The translations under genes and the position numbers were made by a program. Shown here piece after piece: positions 16,899 through 23,663 of a DNA stretch of 39,797 nucleotides (the first letter of the stretch is position 1; each line of letters begins with the position of its first letter). The stretch comes from Flavobacteriales bacterium. Lineage in GTDB: Bacteria > Bacteroidota > Bacteroidia > Flavobacteriales_D > Crocinitomicaceae. The notes below the pieces were generated by a model. The model searched no databases, was not told the origin of the DNA, and saw nothing but the letters and a program-made list of their open reading frames with translations. Where the stretch lies: contig CANHBA010000001.1 of NCBI GenBank assembly GCA_947458985.1, positions 1 through 39,797 of the forward strand. The letters are read 5' to 3'.

Positions 16899-17993
16899 AT
16901 GCCGTTAAAAAGATTATTCCTCATTCTTTGTACATTTTTGTCTTGCGCCACAACAATTCAGGCACAAGGCATCGTTCCTACCACTGACTTCAACAACTAT
17001 TTTGTCTCCTTCCAAGACGGTTTTTTTCGACCTATCGAAATTCAGCCAATTGTCAACTACAAAGCCGGCGACGAAATGGTCGCTTACATCGACACCCGAG
17101 GTAATCTTAAAATTTACGATGGCAAGCAACGCATAGACGTCACCACTTTAAACGTCAATTACCAAGTCTCAGATCACCTCATGGCCTACAGCATTGCCAA
17201 TGGCCTGCGCATGTGGGACGCCGGTAAATTTACTACCCTCACCAATTTTGGCCGCGAGTATGTCGTCAAAGACAGCCTTATTGTTTTTGAAGATACCCGC
17301 TACCAAGCCCTCAATGTCTACTGGAATCAAAAGGTAGAGAGTTTGGTCACCATCACCAATGGGCTTTCCATGAATGCCAGTGTGGGCGAAAACCTCGTTG
17401 TATACAAAGACAACAGCAATACCTATTTTGTATATTGGAACGGTCAGAAATTCGAAATCGGCACTTACAATGAAGAAGTAATCGATTTTCAGTTAGGCAC
17501 TGACGTCATGTGTTTTAAAGACCCATACACCCAATCTTTTTATGTTTTTGACAAAGGGAATTTCGTGGAGCTAGAATCCTTTCCCATCAAAAAATACAAA
17601 GCTGGTCGCGGTTTTGTGGTCTACGAAGACATGAACGGCAATTTGTGGCACTACCAAAACGGTCAAAAATCAGCGCTATCTAATTTTTCTACAGAGCTTT
17701 GGGACGTCAAAGACGACATCTGTGTCTGGATGGAAAACTCCTACTTTTTTGCCTATTCAAATGGTCAACGCATCCAAGTTGCCACCTATCAACCGCATAC
17801 CTTCTTGCTCAAAAATAATGTATTGGTGTTTCGCAACATCATCGGAGGCGTGAGTGCTTTGGTGGACGGAAAGGTGGAAGAACTGACTACTTTTCAAAAC
17901 GCTGAGTACGAAATTTACGGCAATAAAGTACTCGTGAAGTTGGCCAATCAAACATCAGTCGTTTATTACAATGGTAAGCTTTATTCGAACTAA
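16899..17993 (+). CDS. secreted repeat protein (~9-10 degenerate ~35-40-aa beta repeats), unknown function
   Basis: Signal peptide MPLKRLFLILCTFLSCATTIQAQ. The recurring motif is hydrophobic-x-Y-x-D-x3-N-x3-Y-x-NGQK, for example VAYIDTRGNLKIYDGKQ, VVYKDNSNTYFVYWNGQK and VVYEDMNGNLWHYQNGQK. Confidence 0.6.
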   Translation: MPLKRLFLILCTFLSCATTIQAQGIVPTTDFNNYFVSFQDGFFRPIEIQPIVNYKAGDEMVAYIDTRGNLKIYDGKQRIDVTTLNVNYQVSDHLMAYSIANGLRMWDAGKFTTLTNFGREYVVKDSLIVFEDTRYQALNVYWNQKVESLVTITNGLSMNASVGENLVVYKDNSNTYFVYWNGQKFEIGTYNEEVIDFQLGTDVMCFKDPYTQSFYVFDKGNFVELESFPIKKYKAGRGFVVYEDMNGNLWHYQNGQKSALSNFSTELWDVKDDICVWMENSYFFAYSNGQRIQVATYQPHTFLLKNNVLVFRNIIGGVSALVDGKVEELTTFQNAEYEIYGNKVLVKLANQTSVVYYNGKLYSN

Positions 17994-18636
17994 ACGCGCT
18001 CTAGGTGCGCTTTTTTTTCTATTGTTCCTTGTTTCAAAGGTCTCCGCCCAAGACACCAAACTTCAAACTTTAGCGCAGCTTTACAGCCAAGGTCATTACA
18101 AACTTGTTTACCGCAAAGCAGGCAGGCTCCTCATGAACCCGGCTTACGACCAAAGCAAGGACCCCGCCAAATACCGACAACTCGCTGCTTTGGAACTCGC
18201 CAAAAATCCAAATTGGGCCAAACGACACGCCTTAGAGCTCGAATGGATGGAAAAACCAACCGATTCCAATGTGAAGGTCACTGCGCAAGGCAGCGCTCAA
18301 ACACAACAGCTCCTCAAAGAAGCCCAGAAATACATCGGTGTTCCTTACAAAACCGCAGGCATAGATCCTTCTGGTTTTGATTGCAGCGGATTCACCTGTT
18401 ATGTTTTTGAAAAACAAGGTGTAAAATTACCCAGAAGGGCCATGGATCAATTTAACTTTTGTGAAGCTATAGACCCCGAGAAGGCCACTGCTGGTGATTT
18501 AGTTTTTTTTACAAATGGAACGCAAATCAATCATGTAGGTATTCTCATTTCTGAAAAAGGCGCGCCCAAACAGATGATACACTCGAGTTCTTCTATTGGC
18601 ATTTCTATTGTTGAAATTGAAACGTCTTCTTATTGA
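17971..18636 (+). CDS. NlpC/P60 (C40) cell-wall peptidase
   Basis: Catalytic Cys motif GFDCSGFTCYVF and His motif INHVGILIS. A signal peptide is present. It overlaps the upstream gene by 23 nt. Confidence 0.8.
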   Translation: MVSFIRTKRALGALFFLLFLVSKVSAQDTKLQTLAQLYSQGHYKLVYRKAGRLLMNPAYDQSKDPAKYRQLAALELAKNPNWAKRHALELEWMEKPTDSNVKVTAQGSAQTQQLLKEAQKYIGVPYKTAGIDPSGFDCSGFTCYVFEKQGVKLPRRAMDQFNFCEAIDPEKATAGDLVFFTNGTQINHVGILISEKGAPKQMIHSSSSIGISIVEIETSSY

Positions 18637-18717
18637 CAAACGCGCATTGCGGGCTACGGCCGTGTCAAGCCATAATATCGGTCATGATGAGGCCTGGGCT
18701 TGGGAAGGTTGGAGACC

Positions 18718-19242
18718 TTAATTTTGCTTGAGCAGTAAGCTGAAATAATAGATGATAGCCACTACCTCCAAGATAATGCCCGGCAAAAGAAAGTCTACAT
18801 GTGCAAAAGCACCCATCAATAAATAAAACAAGCCAGTAAGGAACAAGAGGCCTTTGATGCGTTTGGTGTGTCCTTGTAATTGATATTGGTTTTGTCTGGA
18901 GGAAAGCAAGCTTATTTTAGCGAGAAGCAATACAATTGTTGAGAGCAATGGGCTGACAAGCAATAGCAGCAGGTTGGGCGCATGCGGGTCTTGTAAATTA
19001 AAAACAATCAAATAAAAAAGCGTGTGCAAACCGAGTAAGCCAAGTTGAATGCGCACGTATAGTGGCGTTTGTTCGGGAGTGAGCTTTGTCAAAAAACTAA
19101 TTGCAGCCAAGAAAGGGAATAAAAAGAGTTTGGTGCCCCAGCCGAGGAGGTCCCAGTTGTAAATATTCCAGATGCTAAATAAACTGAGTAAGCCAAAAGT
19201 TAGTGCTAGGCCGGAAAGTATTTGTGACTGCTTGATTTTCAT
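18718..19242 (-). CDS. multi-pass membrane protein, unknown function
   Basis: About 5 hydrophobic helices. I chose the ATG at 19242, which forms an ATGA overlap with the ureohydrolase stop. Confidence 0.55.
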   Translation of the reverse strand: MKIKQSQILSGLALTFGLLSLFSIWNIYNWDLLGWGTKLFLFPFLAAISFLTKLTPEQTPLYVRIQLGLLGLHTLFYLIVFNLQDPHAPNLLLLLVSPLLSTIVLLLAKISLLSSRQNQYQLQGHTKRIKGLLFLTGLFYLLMGAFAHVDFLLPGIILEVVAIIYYFSLLLKQN

Positions 19243-20282
19243 AAGGATTGTCGTCGGGAAAGTTCGGTTGCACATACCAAATGCCAGAGCGCACGTGCAC
19301 CCACGTTTGCATCCCAGTCGCCGTCTGGGCCTGGCGCTACTTCATTGAGGTCAAAGCCGATGATTTGGCGGCCAGAACGCACGAGTTCAAAAAGTAAAAA
19401 AGCGATTTGTTGTAGTTCAAAGCCACCGGCTACAGGCGTGCCGGTATGTGGGCAAAGAGAAGGTAGTAGGCCATCGATGTCAAAGGAGACATATACTTTT
19501 TGAGGAAGTGTAGCGATGATTTTCTGCACTTGTTCAGACCAATTTTTGCCTAAATATTGCTCATTTTTGAGGTTCCAATCGTAGAAAGTATTTACTCTTG
19601 GATCGTTTTTGGCAAGTTCGATTTCTCGTTCTGAAACATCTCGAATGCCTACTTGCGTAAGTCTTTCTAAGTTTTTGAGCTCCTTTAAAGCGTTGAACAT
19701 AATGCTGGCATGCGACTGCTCAAAACCTTCATAAGCGTCGCGTAGATCGGCATGCGCATCGATTTGCAAAATACCAAAAGAGGAATGGTGCTCATTGAGC
19801 GCTTGAAGAAGCCCAAGTGGGGTAGAGTGTTCTCCGCCCAACACACACGGCATTTTACCATCTTTGATCAAAGCAAGGCAACGCTCTTTGAGGTTGGCGC
19901 GCAGTGCTTGATGCGCTTCATTGATTTCTTCAAGTGTGGAACTGTAGCGAATTTGAGCCTTTTCTTCGCCAACTTCTTCTAAATAGGAAATGTACTCCAT
20001 TCCTTTTTCACATAGGCGGGCATTGATCTCGAGCCATTCTGCCGAAACCGGCGACATATAAATTTTGGTTTCGTAAGCGCGCTCGAGTTCAGGATGGTAA
20101 AAGTCTAATTGGGTAGAGGCATCTAAAATGGCTTGTGGTCCGTTGCTGGTGCCTTTGCCATATGAGGCAGTGGCATCCCAAGGCACAGGAATGAGCACGA
20201 TGTCTGCTTCTTGCTCGGAATAAGGAAAACCAAAAATATTGCCGTTGGCAATGCCTACGCCATTTGGATCAAATGTGTTCAT
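19239..20282 (-). CDS. arginase/agmatinase/formimidoylglutamase-family ureohydrolase
   Basis: Mn-ligand motifs GGEHS, DAHADL and SFDIDGL. I chose the ATG at 20282 (MNTFDPNG); the track start at 20366 would overlap murQ by 98 nt. Confidence 0.8.
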   Translation of the reverse strand: MNTFDPNGVGIANGNIFGFPYSEQEADIVLIPVPWDATASYGKGTSNGPQAILDASTQLDFYHPELERAYETKIYMSPVSAEWLEINARLCEKGMEYISYLEEVGEEKAQIRYSSTLEEINEAHQALRANLKERCLALIKDGKMPCVLGGEHSTPLGLLQALNEHHSSFGILQIDAHADLRDAYEGFEQSHASIMFNALKELKNLERLTQVGIRDVSEREIELAKNDPRVNTFYDWNLKNEQYLGKNWSEQVQKIIATLPQKVYVSFDIDGLLPSLCPHTGTPVAGGFELQQIAFLLFELVRSGRQIIGFDLNEVAPGPDGDWDANVGARALWHLVCATELSRRQSL

Positions 20283-21096
20283 TGTTGTGTTGATTTTGAT
20301 AAGCTTCGACAGCCTTGCGCACAGAGCCGTGTTCAAGAAGCCATTGTTGCGCTGTTTCGTGTGCAATGTTTAACTCTGCAGCTACCATTTTGGCGCCGCG
20401 GTCTACGAGTTTTTCGTTGGAGAGCTGCATGTCTACCATGCGGTTGCCTTTGACATGCCCAAGCTTGATCATGAGGCTTGTGGAAATCATGTTGAGGACC
20501 AATTTTTGGGCGGTGCCGGATTTCATGCGCGTGCTTCCTGTTACGAATTCAGGCCCAACTACGGGTGTGAGCGCGTGTTGTGCAAGCGCAGCAAGTGGCG
20601 AGCCCGGATTGCAAGAAATACCTGCGGTGAGCAGCCCAGCTTCATTGGCAGCTTGTAGTGCCCCCAATACATAAGGAGTGGTGCCCGATGCGGCAATGCC
20701 GACAATGGTGTCGAGTGGAGTGGGCTGGTGGGCTAGGATGTCTTTCCAGCCTTGCTCGGTGTCGTCTTCGGCGAATTCGACCGCTTTGCGAATGGCGCTA
20801 TCGCCACCAGCTATGAGGCCAATGACGCGGCCATGTGCAACGCCGAAGGTGGGCGGGCATTCGCTGGCATCTACGATGCCCAAGCGCCCGCTGGTTCCGG
20901 CGCCAATGTAAATGAGCCTTCCGCCTTGTTGCATGCGCTCAAAGCAGGAATCAATAAAAGCTTCGAGTTCATTGGTGATTTGAGCAATGGCAAGCGGTAC
21001 AAGTTGATCTTGTGCATTCATGCCCTCTAGGAGCGCTTTGGTGCTCAAGTGCTCGAGGTCGTTGTAGACAGAGCTGGCTTCGGTTATTTTCTCCAT
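20269..21096 (-). CDS. murQ: N-acetylmuramic acid 6-phosphate etherase
   Basis: SIS domain GGRLIYIGAGTSGRLGIVDASECPPTFG. 275 aa, the typical MurQ length. Confidence 0.9.
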   Translation of the reverse strand: MEKITEASSVYNDLEHLSTKALLEGMNAQDQLVPLAIAQITNELEAFIDSCFERMQQGGRLIYIGAGTSGRLGIVDASECPPTFGVAHGRVIGLIAGGDSAIRKAVEFAEDDTEQGWKDILAHQPTPLDTIVGIAASGTTPYVLGALQAANEAGLLTAGISCNPGSPLAALAQHALTPVVGPEFVTGSTRMKSGTAQKLVLNMISTSLMIKLGHVKGNRMVDMQLSNEKLVDRGAKMVAAELNIAHETAQQWLLEHGSVRKAVEAYQNQHNNEHI

Positions 21097-21591
21097 TTAG
21101 TAAAGGAATACTTTTGCGTCAGTAGGGCTGAGGTCAACCTCGACGTGGTTCTTGAGGGTAGTAGAAAGACTCAAGCCCGCAAAATCTGTTTTGATTGGGT
21201 AGCGGCGGTGTTGGCGATCGATGAGCGCTACGGTTTTGATGGCTTTGGTAGCTTGCTCTAAAAATTTCAATAAAGCATATTGCATGGTTTTGCCGCTGTT
21301 CACAACGTCGTCAATAAGGACGATGTATGAATTTTTGAGGTCTTTTTGAGGTATAGAAAAGGCAATTGCATCACTCCATGGCTCGTCTTTATTGAGCTGG
21401 ATTTCAAAACAAACCACTTTTAATGGGCTATTTTGTGAAACGACGTCGGAGAGCATTTGCGCTAAAACAAAGCCGTTACCAACAATGCCACCTAAATAAA
21501 TCACTTCTTGGTCAAATGCAGCCTCGATGAGCTGATGGCCCAAGCGAACGATTTTTTGTTGAATTTGCTGCTGATTGAGTATTGTTTGCAT
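21097..21591 (-). CDS. pyrR: PyrR-like phosphoribosyltransferase (pyrimidine operon regulator/UPRTase family)
   Basis: PRPP loop VLIDDVVNSGKT followed by VALIDRQHRRYPIKTDFAG, which resembles PyrR. The stop abuts the murQ ATG (TAAATG). The start at 21591 is supported by a -7 box. Confidence 0.6.
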   Translation of the reverse strand: MQTILNQQQIQQKIVRLGHQLIEAAFDQEVIYLGGIVGNGFVLAQMLSDVVSQNSPLKVVCFEIQLNKDEPWSDAIAFSIPQKDLKNSYIVLIDDVVNSGKTMQYALLKFLEQATKAIKTVALIDRQHRRYPIKTDFAGLSLSTTLKNHVEVDLSPTDAKVFLY

Positions 21592-21595
21592 AGAA

Positions 21596-21603
21596 CAAAG
21601 ATA
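21596..21603 (-). promoter_or_regulatory. Bacteroidota -7 box TAtcTTTG, 4 nt upstream of the pyrR-like ATG
   Basis: The minus strand reads TATCTTTG TTCT ATG, immediately downstream of the terminator at 21614..21644. Confidence 0.45.
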
Positions 21604-21613
21604 AGCAAACAGC

Positions 21614-21644
21614 AAAAAGGCCACTCGTTTAAGTGGCCTTTTTT
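21614..21644 (-). terminator. rho-independent terminator after the riboswitch-controlled gene
   Basis: Minus strand: GGCCACT-TAAACG-AGTGGCC followed by TTTTT. An A-run on the other side makes it formally bidirectional. Confidence 0.75.
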
Positions 21645-21660
21645 CAGTGTTCGAAAAGAA

Positions 21661-22914
21661 TTACTGCTTGATGAGCTTGATGCTGCTTTTTTCGGTGTTC
21701 AAAAAGTAGATCCCGCTTTCAAAATTACTGAGGTCGATGCTGTTGTTTTGGCCCGTCAAAATGATTTGACCGGTGGTGTTCACAATTTGATAAGTTTGAT
21801 TCAAACCTAAGCCATTGATTTGAAAAACACCATTAGAAGGATTGGGTGCAACGCCGATTTGCTCGCTGCTTTCATTTAGGCCTACGTTTGATCTGAGGTC
21901 AAAAACGATGGTGCCCGGAGATACGCCTACTGCAAATTGGTGACTTAGCGAATTGGTTGCATCATAAATTTGAACCATTCCTTGAGAGAAGAAATCGGTG
22001 GTAGTCGTGTACAAAAGGCCATTGATTGGTTCTTGTGCAAGTTCGTAGAAGTTATTGACGATGCCGGCTACTGGTCCAACGTTGCTCATGCTGAGGAGGT
22101 TGTAGTCGTTGAGGGTGTTTTCCATGGAAATTTGATAGACGAGTTTGTCGTCGCGGAGTGCTGAGGTACCACAACCTGTTACCGCGCTTGCAATGTTTTG
22201 GGTGTTGACGTTGCCGCTTAAACTCACTTTTGAAACAGATGCGCCGGACCAATCTTTGTTGTTGACGGTATAAATTTCATTATTAAACAAGAACATGTTG
22301 TCAGGGTTCGTGCCCTCTGCACCTAGGTCGATTTCTGAGCCGTATTGTAAGGTGCTGAGGTTGAGTTGGCCGATCAAGCCTTTTTCGTTGCCCCACTCAT
22401 AGGCGTTGTTGATGGCGATGTATGCGATGTCATTGGCTACAACAATATTTTGAGCAGCCCATTTTGGACCATTCGTAGTGTCAAAAGCAGCGATCAATTG
22501 AAGGCTATTTTTGTCAAATACTTGTAAGTAAGAATCAAAAGTTTGAAGGTATTCACCGCGTGTGGCGATGAGTTTGTTGCCTGAAATAGCCAAATTGCGT
22601 ACGCCTGGCAAGCTGATGCTTCCTACTTCTTGATGCGTATTTAAATCGAATTTGTAGATTTTAGTGTCGGCGGCTACATAGTAAAAGTTGCCATCGATAA
22701 TGACATCTGAACTAAAACGTTGGCCAGCGAGCGTGTTGGCTACTTGATAGGTTTGTGTTTGCGGGTTGTAGCTGCCAATGGTAGCAGGTTCTACAATGTT
22801 GTTGGTTTGAAAGTCAAAGTAACCTTCGTTGGCAATGAGCACTTGGTGCACATATTGCTGGGCAAATGCGGTGGCGCAAAACAATGCTGCCGAAAATAAC
22901 AATCCTTTTTTCAT
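21661..22914 (-). CDS. secreted beta-propeller-like protein with T9SS C-terminal sorting domain; B12-riboswitch controlled
   Basis: Signal peptide MKKGLLFSAALFCATAFAQ from ATG 22914. It has repeated blade-like segments. The CTD reads VAPNPSNGVFQING...GIYFLNTEKSSIKLIKQ. A cobalamin riboswitch sits in its 5' leader. Confidence 0.7.
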   Translation of the reverse strand: MKKGLLFSAALFCATAFAQQYVHQVLIANEGYFDFQTNNIVEPATIGSYNPQTQTYQVANTLAGQRFSSDVIIDGNFYYVAADTKIYKFDLNTHQEVGSISLPGVRNLAISGNKLIATRGEYLQTFDSYLQVFDKNSLQLIAAFDTTNGPKWAAQNIVVANDIAYIAINNAYEWGNEKGLIGQLNLSTLQYGSEIDLGAEGTNPDNMFLFNNEIYTVNNKDWSGASVSKVSLSGNVNTQNIASAVTGCGTSALRDDKLVYQISMENTLNDYNLLSMSNVGPVAGIVNNFYELAQEPINGLLYTTTTDFFSQGMVQIYDATNSLSHQFAVGVSPGTIVFDLRSNVGLNESSEQIGVAPNPSNGVFQINGLGLNQTYQIVNTTGQIILTGQNNSIDLSNFESGIYFLNTEKSSIKLIKQ

Positions 22915-22983
22915 GTGTTGAAAATTAAAATAATTAAACAATGACATGGAAAAAAGTGGAGCGACAAGGGTATACGAAGCCCT

Positions 22984-23178
22984 TGGCGATACCGACTTTA
23001 ATCTGAAGTCTTCACGCAGTTCGAGGGCAAGTCTTCTGGCTCGTGCCTTTTGTGGTATCGCCTTCCCGCTTGCGCAGTGGCTAATAGATACTACTTTTGA
23101 AGCACTTACAGCTGCAGATACAGCTCCGGATTCTAACCGGATTCCTTATTAAGTCCGACAAGCGAACACCCAAGAACG
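22984..23178 (-). promoter_or_regulatory. cobalamin (B12) riboswitch
   Basis: The minus strand contains AAGGAATCCGGTTAGAATCCGGAGCTG...GCAGCTGTAAG, then AGCCACTGCGCAAGCGGGAAGGCG, then the B12 box GAGCCAGAAGACTTGCC. A putative P1 pairs GTTCTTGGG (23177..23169) with CCCTCGAAC (23027..23019). It lies about 70 nt upstream of ATG 22914. Confidence 0.8.
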
Positions 23179-23181
23179 GCA

Positions 23182-23189
23182 CAAAGGTA
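23182..23189 (-). promoter_or_regulatory. -7 box TAccTTTG driving the riboswitch transcript
   Basis: The minus-strand TACCTTTG ends 4 nt before the first nucleotide of the proposed P1 helix. Confidence 0.5.
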
Positions 23190-23235
23190 GCAATAAAAAC
23201 CACATGCGATTTTTGTCTGAATCAAAAAGAGTTCG

Positions 23236-23243
23236 TATCTTTG
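23236..23243 (+). promoter_or_regulatory. -7 box TAtcTTTG (with TTG 20 nt upstream at 23213) for rpsO-pnp
   Basis: Matches TTG-N20-TAnnTTTG. It leaves a ~55-nt leader before the rpsO ATG. Confidence 0.5.
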
Positions 23244-23252
23244 CAGCCGTAT

Positions 23253-23267
23253 TGACCAGAGTGGTCA
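23253..23267 (+). promoter_or_regulatory. hairpin in the rpsO 5' leader (possible S15 autoregulatory element)
   Basis: TGACCA-GAG-TGGTCA perfect 6-bp stem. S15 is known to autoregulate through leader structures in several phyla. Confidence 0.3.
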
Positions 23268-23300
23268 GTCTACATAATAATCATTTACACAAATATTAGC

Positions 23301-23570
23301 ATGTATTTAGATTCAGCAAAGAAGAAAGAGATCTTCGCCAAACACGGTGGTTCAGAAAACAACACCGGTTCTACAGAAGGCCAAGTTGCCTTGTTTACAT
23401 TTCGTATTGCTCACCTTACTGAGCACTTGAAAAAGAACCGCAAAGACTTCGGCACCCAACGTTCACTTCAGTTGTTAGTTGGTAAACGTCGTAGCTTGTT
23501 AGACTACCTAAAGGCAAAAGACATCGAGAAATACCGCGCCTTGATCAAAGAATTAGGACTACGTCGTTAA
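23301..23570 (+). CDS. rpsO: 30S ribosomal protein S15
   Basis: 89 aa. GSTEGQVALFTFRIAHLTEHLKKNRKD...LVGKRRSLLDYL is canonical S15. Confidence 0.95.
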   Translation: MYLDSAKKKEIFAKHGGSENNTGSTEGQVALFTFRIAHLTEHLKKNRKDFGTQRSLQLLVGKRRSLLDYLKAKDIEKYRALIKELGLRR

Positions 23571-23604
23571 TTCTGAGATACGCTCGGAAAATTTTATGGG
23601 AGAG

Positions 23605-23642
23605 GGGGCTTCGATAACATCGATAGCCCCTTCTTTTGTTTT
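23605..23642 (+). terminator. rho-independent terminator/attenuator between rpsO and pnp
   Basis: GGGGCTTCGAT-AAC-ATCGA(T)AGCCCC followed by TTCTTTTGTTTT. Confidence 0.8.
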
Positions 23643-23663
23643 AAAAATTGTAAATAAATAAAG

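Noticed and set aside
22946-23152. 68-aa ORF on the + strand between the beta-propeller gene and rpsO
   Set aside because: It lies exactly antisense to the cobalamin riboswitch. It has no promoter box and no protein-like composition. The conserved RNA motifs on the opposite strand explain the region.
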